The notes: generated by a model not told the origin, from the sequence alone. A stretch of DNA of 64,000 nt from an uncultured Alphaproteobacteria bacterium (GCA_944392835.1 CALXYB010000003.1:73389-137388), one strand, 5' to 3'. Shown: positions 1-9,480, numbered from the stretch's first letter. Numbers and translations are program-made.

Positions 1-2
1 TT

Positions 3-368
3 AACGTTGCTATGCGCGAGTTGTTCTTGCAAATTGTTTACGGGCGTACCCAAACCGCATTTTCTGAAAATGGTTTGCCGATTGGTGCCGGTTTGGAAGA
101 TTTGGGCAAAGGCTTGCGTTCTCAAGTTGGTACCATGTATTCTACCAAAGTTAAAGGTCCGAGATATTTGGAAATGGCTGAAGGTTATGTTCTGAACGTT
201 GGTGTTGATGCCAATAATGAAATCATTGGCTACAAATTTGTTCACTTAGGTAAAATGATGGAAGCAATCAAAAACGGAACAGATCCTAAAACCGCTTTTG
301 AAAACAACATCAAAACCTATGGTCGTTTTGATGAAGCCGTCAAAGTTATTGACCCGAGAAAGGAGTAA
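3..368 (+). CDS. Hypothetical protein, 3' portion. The ORF is open to the window edge. It is probably co-transcribed with the downstream GGGtGRT gene.
   Basis: The reading frame is open from nt 3 with no upstream stop. It ends 4 nt before the start of the next gene. I recognise no motif. Confidence 0.35.
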   Translation, partial: NVAMRELFLQIVYGRTQTAFSENGLPIGAGLEDLGKGLRSQVGTMYSTKVKGPRYLEMAEGYVLNVGVDANNEIIGYKFVHLGKMMEAIKNGTDPKTAFENNIKTYGRFDEAVKVIDPRKE

Positions 369-371
369 GCC

Positions 372-1370
372 ATGTTATTTGAAGGATATGATAGAAGAAT
401 TGAAAAAATTACTCCGGTTTTGGCAAAATACGGTTTTTCAAAAATTGAAGAGACCAGAGATTTTTGCCTAAGCAAAGGTGTTGATGTTGAAAAATTGGTT
501 AAAGGTATTCAACCAATTGCGTTTGAAAATGCTGTTTGGGCTTATACCTTAGGTTGCGCTATAGCTCTGAAAGAAAATGTTAAAAATGCTTCCCAGGCTG
601 CTGAAAAAATCGGTATCGGCTTGCAAGCATTCTGCGTCCCGGGTTCTGTTGCAGACCAAAGAGCTGTTGGCTTGGGGCATGGTAACTTGGCCGCTATGTT
701 GTTAAGAGAAGAAACAAAATGTTTCTGTTTCTTGGCTGGTCACGAATCTTTTGCTGCCGCTGAAGGTGCTATCGGTATTGCTCGTTCTGCCAACAAGGTT
801 AGAAAAGAACCATTAAGAGTTATCTTGAACGGTTTGGGCAAAGATGCTGCTTACATCATTTCTCGTATCAACGGCTTTACTTATGTTGAAACCGAATATG
901 ATTATAGTACCGGCAACTTAAAAATCGTAGAAGAAAAAGCCTTTTCAACCGGCGATAAAGCCAAAGTAAAATGCTATGGTGCTGATGACGTATCAGAAGG
1001 TGTTGCCATTATGATTAAAGAAGGCGTTGATGTTTCTATTACCGGAAACTCTACCAACCCGACACGCTTCCAACATCCTGTTGCAGGCACATACAAAAAA
1101 TGGGCCGTTGAACACGATAAGAAATATTTCTCCGTAGCTTCTGGTGGCGGTACAGGTCGTACTTTACACCCCGATAACGTTGCAGCAGGTCCTGCATCTT
1201 ACGGTATGACCGATACCATGGGCAGAATGCACAGTGATGCGCAATTTGCCGGTTCTTCATCTGTACCAGCTCACGTTGAAATGATGGGCTTAATCGGTAT
1301 GGGTAACAACCCGATGGTCGGTGCAACGGTCGCTGTTGCCGTAGCTATTGAGGAAAGCCTCAAAAAGTAA
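372..1370 (+). CDS. GGGtGRT-family protein, uncharacterised (Pfam PF14057-like).
   Basis: The 332-aa product contains the eponymous SGGGTGRT motif. Its length fits the typical 329-345 aa range of that family. An AAGGAG-like RBS (gagaaaggagtaagccATG) lies upstream. Confidence 0.65.
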   Translation: MLFEGYDRRIEKITPVLAKYGFSKIEETRDFCLSKGVDVEKLVKGIQPIAFENAVWAYTLGCAIALKENVKNASQAAEKIGIGLQAFCVPGSVADQRAVGLGHGNLAAMLLREETKCFCFLAGHESFAAAEGAIGIARSANKVRKEPLRVILNGLGKDAAYIISRINGFTYVETEYDYSTGNLKIVEEKAFSTGDKAKVKCYGADDVSEGVAIMIKEGVDVSITGNSTNPTRFQHPVAGTYKKWAVEHDKKYFSVASGGGTGRTLHPDNVAAGPASYGMTDTMGRMHSDAQFAGSSSVPAHVEMMGLIGMGNNPMVGATVAVAVAIEESLKK

Positions 1371-1463
1371 TTAACAGTACAATAATAGCATTTCTAAAAA
1401 AGAGAGACCTTCTGGCCTCTCTTTTTTTATCAATAAGGAGTCTAAAAAATAGAGAAGTCTATA

Positions 1464-1577
1464 AAAGTCGGAATTGAACGAACCCTTGGGTTTGAATCCC
1501 GACGAAACGGAGTAAGTATTTGAAAACAAAAAAAATCCCTACACGAGGCAGGGATTTTTAACTGGTGAGCGCGTCGG
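1464..1577. repeat. Upstream copy of a ~114-bp tandemly duplicated segment. It contains a degenerate palindromic tRNA T-arm remnant, a terminator hairpin and the last 17 nt of tRNA-Lys.
   Basis: It is about 96% identical to 1668..1781, with a period of 204 bp. It ends in tggtgagcgcgtcgg, the reverse complement of the tRNA-Lys 3' end CCGACGCGCTCACCA, then diverges. Confidence 0.8.
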
Positions 1578-1667
1578 ACGGCCGCCGAAAAAACATCCTG
1601 TGAATGTTTTTTCAAGGAGACGCAATGAGACTAGCTGTATAGCAAGCTTAAAGCGCAGCTAGACAGC

Positions 1668-1781
1668 AAAGTCGGAATTGAACGAACCCTTGGGTTTGAA
1701 TCCCGACGAAACGAGGTAAGTATTTGAAAACAAAAAAAATCCCTACACAATGCAGGGATTTTTAACTGGTGAGCGCGTCGG
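1668..1781. repeat. Downstream copy of the 114-bp repeat. It is fused to the intact tRNA-Lys gene.
   Basis: The two copies are directly aligned by eye. Differences are the GA/AG transposition at acggag/acgagg and acacgaggcag versus acacaatgcag. Confidence 0.8.
1731..1765 (-). terminator. Intrinsic terminator for tRNA-Lys. It is bidirectional in shape. A duplicate copy lies at ~1527..1561.
   Basis: The sequence is aaaaaaaATCCCTacacaatgcAGGGATtttt. A 7-bp stem is flanked by an A-run and a T-run. It sits immediately 3' of the tRNA on the minus strand. Confidence 0.6.
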
Positions 1782-1842
1782 GATTCGAACCCGAGACCCT
1801 TTGATTAAAAGTCAAATGCTCTACCGACTGAGCTACGCACCC
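1767..1842 (-). tRNA. tRNA-Lys, anticodon UUU.
   Basis: The minus-strand reading is GGGTGCGTAGCTCAGTCGGTAGAGCATTTGACTTTTAATCAAAGGGTCTCGGGTTCGAATCCCGACGCGCTCACCA. The cloverleaf is drawn by hand, with two G-U pairs in the acceptor stem. The anticodon loop is CTTTTAA, and CCA is encoded. Confidence 0.9.
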
Positions 1843-2003
1843 ATTGTTTTTCAACAACGAGCATATAGATAGTCTATAAAAATTTTATAGTCAACAAAAA
1901 AAATAAAAAAAGTTAAAAAAAGTCAAAATGTAGTTTATTTGTTAATAATTATATGTTAGCATTCCATAAAATTTAATAATAATCACGACTTTTGAGGTTA
2001 GAA

Positions 2004-2333
2004 ATGGTTAAGGATATTCATTCAGAGCAAGAAGGCAGATACGATATTTTACAGAATGGTGCGGGTGAGCTTCTTATTATCATCAGATATCGCGAGGGTG
2101 GTCCTGAAAACCCGCGTTTGGTTTATGATGGCGGTGCGCATGCCTTGCTTTATCGGAGCCGTGAGAGTGCCGTTTTGTTAGATTCTATCAATATGGCCGC
2201 CCGTCAACCATTAAAGTCGGCTGATGAAGTTACTATGGTTGAGATTGAGGAGGACGAGGTTGCCCGCGAATATAAGGTTCCGGTACGCATTGTTCGTGAT
2301 TTAGAATCTTTGAGTGCCTCTAAGAGTGCCTAA
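2004..2333 (+). CDS. Hypothetical small protein. The start is chosen at the ATG that follows the GAGG RBS.
   Basis: The ORF is 110 aa. A GAGG RBS lies 7 nt upstream of the ATG at 2004. A terminator follows the ORF. I recognise no motif. Confidence 0.4.
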   Translation: MVKDIHSEQEGRYDILQNGAGELLIIIRYREGGPENPRLVYDGGAHALLYRSRESAVLLDSINMAARQPLKSADEVTMVEIEEDEVAREYKVPVRIVRDLESLSASKSA

Positions 2334-2364
2334 CTAAGCTAAACTTATGCACAACAGCGTTAAA

Positions 2365-2392
2365 ATAAGGGCTTTAAAAGCCCTTATTTTTT
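2365..2392 (+). terminator. Intrinsic terminator.
   Basis: The sequence is AATAAGGGCTTtaaaAGCCCTTATTTTTT. Confidence 0.6.
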
Positions 2393-2433
2393 GTTATATT
2401 GACAGCACTTGAGCTTAATTTGGATGAAGATAA

Positions 2434-4101
2434 ATGATAGCAAAATTATTTTTTGCCTTGCTGGCCGGAGGAATAACGGCGGAAGTTTTGACCAGAAGCA
2501 GGTTTGAAAAAGCGCTGTCTTTTTTGTTACTGTGTTTTTTGGCGCTATGGGGAGTTTGGATATTTGAGGCGGAAAGCCTTGGCTTGGTTAATAAATTTTC
2601 TTTTCATTGGATAGATGCCTCATTGATGCGTGTAAACATAAACCTCAACACATCGCCGGAGGTTTGTCGGCTTGTCTTTGCCTTGCTTATCATATCTGCA
2701 TTATCTGTTTTTTATAACACCTTTTACAAAGCCGAAACCGAAGGACTGCGCCTAAATGGCCTTTTGACCTTAAATTTGGCAATGCTGGTCTCAATAATAT
2801 GTTCACAAAATTTTATACAGTTGTTAACAGCTGTTTGCATTACAGATGTTCTTTGCCTTCTGATGATTAACGATATAGAGAGCAAGCGGCGCTATGCTTT
2901 TTATAACTTGCTTGCGGATATGGGGTTGTTCACGCTGTTTGCCTTAATCTGGAAGCAAACAGGCAGTATTGATTTGGCTGTTTTAGGCAAATATCATCGT
3001 CTTGGGCAATATCCGGAGCTAACCTTGGGGCTGTTGTTGCTCTGTGTTTTCATCAAATCCGGCATTTTTTTATGTCATGGCGGACTTTTGAGCCTGGCGA
3101 GTCTGACATTTAACCGTATTTTGGCAATTTCTTATTGTTCAGCGCCGATAGTTGGCATTTTGCTGCTGATTAAAACTTATCCCTTGTTGGAAAATATCCG
3201 TTATATGAAGGAAATATTTTTAGGTTTTGGCGGCGCAACCCTGCTTTGGGGTTTTGTTGGCAGTCTTGTTCTGGACAACATAAAAGATAAAGCATTGTAC
3301 TTTAACCAAATGATATATGCGTTTATGCTTGGGGCGCTGGCTTTAGGTACAAAAGATGTAGATGAACTGTTGCCTCTGGTTTTGGCTTTGGGTTTTGTGC
3401 TTAATGCTGTTTGGATGTTAACGACCATATCTGCCTCAAACGAACTATTTGTTTCCAATATGGGGGGATTTATTCGTCCTTTGAAGTTGCTTTTTGCCAC
3501 CATATTGGTTTTAAGTTTTGTGTTTGTTCAAATTTTAGGCTCAAGAATAACAGTACCCAATGAACTCTGGACATATAGTTTTGAGGCAATATTCTTGGTT
3601 GCTTTGGCGCATATCTCATTCCAAATCTTCTTAGGCAAGAGCAATGCGGATGAGCGTGTTTTAGCTTTTTTGAAAAATCCGTCGCTATTAAATCTTTTGC
3701 CTCTATGGATAATCTGCGGCATAATCATCTGGCAGCAGGAAAAGCCCACGACACAAATGTGGATAATCTGGGGAGCCTTTGTAGCATTTTGGCTGTCCGG
3801 CCCCTTAAGAACTTTGGGTAAAGCTTACGATTCAGAGAATCTTCAGGAGGCAGATTGGCTTCATGACTTTTATCAAGCTGTTTTGATTGCCCCGATAAAG
3901 ATTCTTGGGCGAGTTCTTTGGCTACTGATAGACTTTTTGATAATAGAGCGCACAATTGTGTCTTCTTTGACATCGGGGAGCAACTTGCTGGTCAGAGTTT
4001 TAGATCGTATGCATACGGGCAGTGTGTTTTCCAATGCTGGCTATGTGTTTTTAGGTTTAGGGCTGTTTGCCGCAATAATTTATGCAAAGGTGTATAACTG
4101 A
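2434..4101 (+). CDS. nuoL: Highly divergent NuoL-like antiporter-like polytopic membrane protein (complex I subunit L, MrpA/MrpD superfamily).
   Basis: It is a 555-aa multi-helix hydrophobic protein. It is first in an L-M-N ordered operon directly upstream of birA, matching the conserved alphaproteobacterial nuoN-birA-rnj synteny. The canonical HTWLPDA...TPVSALIHAATMV region is only faintly recognisable (KSGIFLCHGGLLSLAS). The stop overlaps the next start (TGATG). Confidence 0.5.
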   Translation: MIAKLFFALLAGGITAEVLTRSRFEKALSFLLLCFLALWGVWIFEAESLGLVNKFSFHWIDASLMRVNINLNTSPEVCRLVFALLIISALSVFYNTFYKAETEGLRLNGLLTLNLAMLVSIICSQNFIQLLTAVCITDVLCLLMINDIESKRRYAFYNLLADMGLFTLFALIWKQTGSIDLAVLGKYHRLGQYPELTLGLLLLCVFIKSGIFLCHGGLLSLASLTFNRILAISYCSAPIVGILLLIKTYPLLENIRYMKEIFLGFGGATLLWGFVGSLVLDNIKDKALYFNQMIYAFMLGALALGTKDVDELLPLVLALGFVLNAVWMLTTISASNELFVSNMGGFIRPLKLLFATILVLSFVFVQILGSRITVPNELWTYSFEAIFLVALAHISFQIFLGKSNADERVLAFLKNPSLLNLLPLWIICGIIIWQQEKPTTQMWIIWGAFVAFWLSGPLRTLGKAYDSENLQEADWLHDFYQAVLIAPIKILGRVLWLLIDFLIIERTIVSSLTSGSNLLVRVLDRMHTGSVFSNAGYVFLGLGLFAAIIYAKVYN

Positions 4102-5531
4102 TGATAACCTCTTTCAACTTTTTATCAACGATTATAGCCATTCCGTTTATTGGCGTATTATTTGCGCTCACAGCCAAAGATGATGATAAGACCCGAGGCC
4201 GCAACGCTTTTAATGTGAGTGTTTTTGCCGTAATAACCAATCTTTTGGTTTTGTGGCGCATAGCCGCATTGTTAGACATTTCAGCCACTGGTTTGCAGCT
4301 CACCGAACGCTATGACTGGTTAGAGAATCCCAAAATAAGCATTTCTTTGGGGATAGATGTTTTTTCGCTGTTGTTGATTGTGGCGGTTCACGCAGCGGTC
4401 TTAATCGGAATGTTCGGCGCAAGGCACAATAAGGAAGACGGCAAGGCATTGATGGTCTTTTCTCTGCTGTTTTTATGTATGATAACCGGCTTTTTCACGG
4501 CGGCGGATATTTTTTCTTTTTACATCTTTTTTGAGGCGATGCTGCTGCCTTTGTTTATGATAATCGGAATGTTTGGCGGCCTGCGCAAACAAAGTGTTTT
4601 GTCCCGATTCTTTATATATAATTTGTTGGGCGCCATCTTTTTGTTTTTTGCGACCGTCATTTTGTACAATTATCAAGGAGTCAATATTGCCTTAAATGAT
4701 GTAAGCAAAGTCAACCTGAATATGAAACTGGAGATATTTGTCTGGGGGGCTATATTTGTTTCGTTTCTTTCCAGAATTCCGATCTGGCCGTTTCATTACT
4801 GGATATCATCCATCAGCACGGGCTTGCGTAATCCGTTAGTTTTCATCATCACCAATCTGGTACCTTTAACGGGCGTATATGGTTTTATAAGGTTTTGGCC
4901 GAAGACAGTCCCCGGCGTGTTATCTTATTTTATGATAATATTAGAGATAATCTGCGTTATCTCAATGTTATTTATTGCCTTAATCGGCCTGATTAATAAG
5001 GACTTCCAGTATAAAATATTTTCTTTTATGACCGTCTGGTACATCATCTATTTATTAGCCGCTTTTTTGCCAACGGATACGGTTTTGCAAAATATCGGCT
5101 ATGCGCTGTTTTCGTTTTTGATTATTGCCGGCGGTATGGAGGTCTTGTCCAACCATATGGAAAAACAGCAAGAGAGTTTGGATATAAGTTCCGGCGGCAT
5201 ACTATGTGCGATGCCTAAAGCCGCCAGAATTTTCACCTTTTTTGTTTTGGCTGCAGTGGGAATGCCTTTGTCCTCAATGTTTTTGAACAATTTTGTCTTG
5301 ATAGCCAACTTGTTAGATAAAAACATCCGTATGGGCTTTTTGGTTATCTTTGCCATTATGGTTGTTGCCGCGGGCTTGTTGCAAGAGTTGTATTGGCTCA
5401 AAGACACAGAATGTTCTTTGCCGGACAAAAGCGGCATAGCCGACATTTCATATAAAGCTTATGTAATTTTGCTGATAATATGCGCATCGTTGGTTTTGAC
5501 ATTCATCAACCCCTTGTGGTTTATTGTTTAA
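4101..5531 (+). CDS. nuoM: Highly divergent NuoM-like antiporter-like membrane protein.
   Basis: The 476-aa product is translationally coupled to the upstream gene. The motif WPFHYWISSISTGLRNPLVFIITNLVPLTGVYGFIRF resembles the NuoM HxWLPDA...PVSALI...G.YG..R block. The PDA core is lost. Confidence 0.5.
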   Translation: MITSFNFLSTIIAIPFIGVLFALTAKDDDKTRGRNAFNVSVFAVITNLLVLWRIAALLDISATGLQLTERYDWLENPKISISLGIDVFSLLLIVAVHAAVLIGMFGARHNKEDGKALMVFSLLFLCMITGFFTAADIFSFYIFFEAMLLPLFMIIGMFGGLRKQSVLSRFFIYNLLGAIFLFFATVILYNYQGVNIALNDVSKVNLNMKLEIFVWGAIFVSFLSRIPIWPFHYWISSISTGLRNPLVFIITNLVPLTGVYGFIRFWPKTVPGVLSYFMIILEIICVISMLFIALIGLINKDFQYKIFSFMTVWYIIYLLAAFLPTDTVLQNIGYALFSFLIIAGGMEVLSNHMEKQQESLDISSGGILCAMPKAARIFTFFVLAAVGMPLSSMFLNNFVLIANLLDKNIRMGFLVIFAIMVVAAGLLQELYWLKDTECSLPDKSGIADISYKAYVILLIICASLVLTFINPLWFIV

Positions 5532-5543
5532 GAAGGAAGAAAG

Positions 5544-6971
5544 ATGAAGCCTGAAATTATTGCCATAATGCCGGAAGCCTCAATACTGCTAGGTTTGTTG
5601 ATAATGACCCTGGTCAATTTTTTTCGTCATTATAATACGCCGAAAACCTTTTTTACCTTAAGTAAGCTAACTTTGGTTTTTGCACTTTTGAGCACAATCA
5701 TTTTTTATAACCGAAGTTGGTTTCCGACAGTCTTTGAAAACACCGCTTACACCAGTTTGTTTAAGAGTATTATATATCTGTTGTCTTTAGCTTGGGCATA
5801 TTTGTCCTGCAAGTGGTTTTTAAACAAAAATATCTCAAGTTTTTCATATTACGGACTAATGCTCTTGTCTGTTTTGGGAATGTCCTTGGCAGTTTCTTCA
5901 CTTAATTTTTTAGCATTGTTTATTTGCTTGCAAGGCACATTTTTGCTCAACTGGTTCTTCATCCGCATCGGAGATGAGGATGAAGAGGAAAAGCATCAAG
6001 CATCTAACCGATTTTTAGGCTTTGCCGTGTTCTTTGCTTTGTTGTTTGCGGCAGGTTGCGGATTGCTTTATATGCGTACGGGAGATTTGGAATATGCGGA
6101 TATATACAGCCACTTCAGCCACACATCAAAATTAGTCTGGATTGATTATGCCGCGGCAGGAATGATTTTAGCCGCCATGATTTTTATGTTAGGTTTGGTA
6201 CCGTTTCACTTTTGGTATATTGATGTTATTGGGGTTGCGGTTTTGCCTGTGAGCGGATTCTTGAGCATAATACCGTTATTTGCTTATGTTGCATGCATAA
6301 CCGATGTTGTGCTGAATGCCTTTTTCCCTGTATGGAATGTGTTTAGACCTGTTGTCGTAATTTTTGGTATAATGTCTGTTGGTTTTGGCGTAATCGGCGC
6401 AAATGCAGAACAAAATATGCGAAGATTATTTGGTTTCAGCTCATTATATCATTTAGGCATAATCATTTTGTGCTTGTCTGCTTTTGATGACAATTCGGTT
6501 TTAAGTAGTTTTATTTATATGTTGGTATATGTCTTGGCAATGAGTGGTGTTTATACCGGATTTTTAGGCATCAGAAGCAAGGGCGTATATTTAAGCGAGC
6601 TCGGAACCGTGTCAGGTTTTTCGGAAGTAAGACCATATATTTCGGCAGCCTTTTTGGTCTTTCTGATTTCGCTTATTTCCACCCCGCCGTTACTAGGTTT
6701 CTTGGGCAAATTGTCGGTTGTAAACAATTTGGTCATTCAGGGCGAATATGAGATAATCTTGTTTGTTTTGTTGGCAGTGTTGATGTTGGCTTATGCATAT
6801 TTAAAGGTGATTAAAGCGCTTTATTTTGATGAGAGGACGAATTCCTTTGACCGCGTGGATAAAGGGGTGTATATATGCTTAACCGTAAATCTGATTTTGG
6901 TTTTGATATCTATCTTAAACCCCAAATATCTGATGAACGATGTTGAAGCCATGCTGACCACCATTTTTTAA
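5544..6971 (+). CDS. nuoN: Divergent NuoN-like antiporter-like membrane protein.
   Basis: The product is 475 aa. VPFHFWYIDVIGVAVLPVSGFLS matches the NuoN PFHFW(V/T)PDVYQGAPTPVTAFLA block. The N-terminus (EIIAIMPEASILLGLLIM) resembles the NuoN N-terminus. birA follows immediately, as in alphaproteobacteria. A GAAGGAAG RBS is present. Confidence 0.6.
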   Translation: MKPEIIAIMPEASILLGLLIMTLVNFFRHYNTPKTFFTLSKLTLVFALLSTIIFYNRSWFPTVFENTAYTSLFKSIIYLLSLAWAYLSCKWFLNKNISSFSYYGLMLLSVLGMSLAVSSLNFLALFICLQGTFLLNWFFIRIGDEDEEEKHQASNRFLGFAVFFALLFAAGCGLLYMRTGDLEYADIYSHFSHTSKLVWIDYAAAGMILAAMIFMLGLVPFHFWYIDVIGVAVLPVSGFLSIIPLFAYVACITDVVLNAFFPVWNVFRPVVVIFGIMSVGFGVIGANAEQNMRRLFGFSSLYHLGIIILCLSAFDDNSVLSSFIYMLVYVLAMSGVYTGFLGIRSKGVYLSELGTVSGFSEVRPYISAAFLVFLISLISTPPLLGFLGKLSVVNNLVIQGEYEIILFVLLAVLMLAYAYLKVIKALYFDERTNSFDRVDKGVYICLTVNLILVLISILNPKYLMNDVEAMLTTIF

Positions 6972-6985
6972 GAAGAGGCCAAAAA

Positions 6986-7708
6986 ATGTCAGCTTGGGAA
7001 AGATTTGATTTTGCGGAAACCACCAGCACCAATGATGAGGTCAAAAAGCTTTGCGAAACGGAGCAAGGCGGCAAAAAGCTTATGGTAACCGCAGCAAGGC
7101 AAACGGCGGGCAGGGGCAGACGCGGCCGCAGCTGGATAAGTATGGACGGCAATTTATTTGTTTCCTTTGGTGTTGAGGTTGAACCAAGAACTTTAGGGCA
7201 AATAACTTTTGTGATAGGTTTAAGCCTGTTAGAAGCGATTCGCCATTTTGCGCCCAAGATTGATGTTAAGCTAAAATGGCCGAATGATGTCTTGGTAAAC
7301 AGTAGCAAAATATCAGGCATCTTGCTGGAAAAAGCGGCCGGAAATTATCTGGTTGTAGGTGTTGGTGTTAATGTCGCGTCAGCACCTCAAGGAGAGGGCA
7401 TAAGCTATACCGTAGCCTCATTAAAAGAAGCCGGAATAACAACTGATAAGGAAGCATTTTTGCAAGTTTTTGCTAAAATTTTTGATGAGAGATTATCAGA
7501 GCTGAAAAGCAAAGGTTTTGCCCCGATAAGAGAAGCTTGGCTGAATAATGCCAAAAACTTGGGGCAAAAGATAACGGTAAATATGGAACACGAGAGTAGA
7601 GAAGGAAAATTTTTGGGCATAGATGAGAATGGTGCGTTACTTTTGAAAAGAGAAGATAAAACAGAAAAAATCTATGCCGGAGATATATTTTATTTAGAGG
7701 AAAAATAA
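6986..7708 (+). CDS. birA: Biotin--[acetyl-CoA-carboxylase] ligase BirA, group I with no N-terminal HTH.
   Basis: The GRGRRGRSW motif is the BirA biotin-binding signature. The product is 240 aa. The gene follows nuoN, as in alphaproteobacteria. Confidence 0.8.
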   Translation: MSAWERFDFAETTSTNDEVKKLCETEQGGKKLMVTAARQTAGRGRRGRSWISMDGNLFVSFGVEVEPRTLGQITFVIGLSLLEAIRHFAPKIDVKLKWPNDVLVNSSKISGILLEKAAGNYLVVGVGVNVASAPQGEGISYTVASLKEAGITTDKEAFLQVFAKIFDERLSELKSKGFAPIREAWLNNAKNLGQKITVNMEHESREGKFLGIDENGALLLKREDKTEKIYAGDIFYLEEK

Positions 7709-9376
7709 ATGAGCAGTTTTGATAAAGAAGGGCTGTATTTCATAGCTTTGGGCGGCGCGGAAGAAGTCGGTTACAACATGTATGTCTATGCCGCGGATGG
7801 CAAGTTGATAGTGGTAGATTGCGGCTATGGCTTTTTTAATGATGACTTTCCCGGAATGGAATTAGGCTTTGCATCGCCGGAGGCTTTGGAGGGAGAGATT
7901 GAAAATATTGAAGGCTTGTTTATTACACATTCACATGAGGACCATTTTGGCGCGGTGGCACATATTTGGCCCAAACTTCGTTGCCCGATTTATGCCACGC
8001 CTTTTGCCGCAGAGCATATTTTGGCAAGGTTAAGAGATTATAAATTGGAAAAAGAGCCGCAAATTAATGTGATAAAAGACGGCGAGAGTGTAAAACTTCA
8101 AAACTTTGAGGTGAAGTTTGCGTCATTAGTGCACTCAACTTTGGAAAACTCGGCTTTGCTGATTAAAACCAAATACGGCAATGTCGTTCACGCCACGGAT
8201 TGGCGCTTTGATGACGGAAGCTGTGATATGTTGCCTTTTGATTATAAGGCATTTAAGGAGTTTGCCGAGGAGGGGGTAGAGGCTTTTGTCTGCGATTCTA
8301 CCAATCTGATGGACACGGAAGAACAACCGACAGAGATGCAGGTCAGACAAAGCTTAATGAAACTTGTGCCGACATTTAAGAATAAGCTTGTGGCAACGTG
8401 TTTTGCCTCAAATGTTGTTCGTTTGGAAAGCCTGATTTTGGCTGCACATGAGGCAGGGCGCACACCGGTTGTCGCCGGCCTGAGTTTGAACCAGAATTTG
8501 AAGATGGCCAAAGATTGCGGCTATTTACAAAATCTGCCGCCATATGTAAATGCCAAAGATGCCGCAGATATTCCCAATGATGAGATAATGTACATTTGTG
8601 CCGGCTCACAAGGAAATTATCGCAGCGGTTTAACCCGAATAGTTAATCGTGAAAACAAGGATATGATTTTGTGTCCCGGAGATGCGGTTATTTTCTCATC
8701 TAAGATTATCCCCGGAAACGAGAAAAAAATAGAGCGTATGCAAGAAAAACTCCGCGACCAAGGCGTAGAGGTTATTAGTAAAGAGGAATATCTGGTGCAT
8801 TGTTCGGGACACGGCGGCAAGAAGGAAACCCGCCAAATGTACGAGATTTTGAAGCCAAATGTGCTGATAACCGTGCATGGCGAAAGACGCGTGATAAGAG
8901 AACATAGCCGCTTTGCCAAAAGTTGCGGCATTAAGCATGTCCTAATGCCGAGAAACGGCGATGTCCTATTGCTGAACGGTGATAATATTGAAACGGTAGG
9001 TGAGGTCCCGACAGATATCCTGGGTGTTGACCGCAACCAAATAACCTCAATTAATTCGCAACTTGTCAAAAACCGCAAACGTATAGCTTTTAATTGCAGC
9101 GTGTTTATTACGGCTGTTTTAAGCGAAGATTGGACGGTTGAATATTTGGATATCTCGGCCATAGATATCTTGGAAGAAGGGGCTTGGAATGCGCTTGCGG
9201 AAGAGATTAAGCCTGATATGATTAAGGCAATCCCCGAAGAGGTGATAAAGCTAAATCATCGGGAGAGCGCGGTTAAGGAATATATCAGCGCCAAAATCCG
9301 CAAACGCATATATAACCAAACAGGTATCAAGCCGGTCGTATTTATGCATTTTCATAAGAAAGAAACAACGGCATAG
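7709..9376 (+). CDS. rnj: Ribonuclease J, metallo-beta-lactamase fold RNase.
   Basis: HSHEDH is the HxHxDH motif. The product is 555 aa. The start overlaps the birA stop (TAAATG). The birA-rnj synteny is conserved. Confidence 0.8.
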   Translation: MSSFDKEGLYFIALGGAEEVGYNMYVYAADGKLIVVDCGYGFFNDDFPGMELGFASPEALEGEIENIEGLFITHSHEDHFGAVAHIWPKLRCPIYATPFAAEHILARLRDYKLEKEPQINVIKDGESVKLQNFEVKFASLVHSTLENSALLIKTKYGNVVHATDWRFDDGSCDMLPFDYKAFKEFAEEGVEAFVCDSTNLMDTEEQPTEMQVRQSLMKLVPTFKNKLVATCFASNVVRLESLILAAHEAGRTPVVAGLSLNQNLKMAKDCGYLQNLPPYVNAKDAADIPNDEIMYICAGSQGNYRSGLTRIVNRENKDMILCPGDAVIFSSKIIPGNEKKIERMQEKLRDQGVEVISKEEYLVHCSGHGGKKETRQMYEILKPNVLITVHGERRVIREHSRFAKSCGIKHVLMPRNGDVLLLNGDNIETVGEVPTDILGVDRNQITSINSQLVKNRKRIAFNCSVFITAVLSEDWTVEYLDISAIDILEEGAWNALAEEIKPDMIKAIPEEVIKLNHRESAVKEYISAKIRKRIYNQTGIKPVVFMHFHKKETTA

Positions 9377-9480
9377 AAAGCTTCTCAGGTCAAGTCCAAG
9401 AATAACAGTTATATAATATAGGGCACAAAAGATAGATATGCACTTGGGAAGCATCGCGATATGACAAAGGTTCTCAAAGC

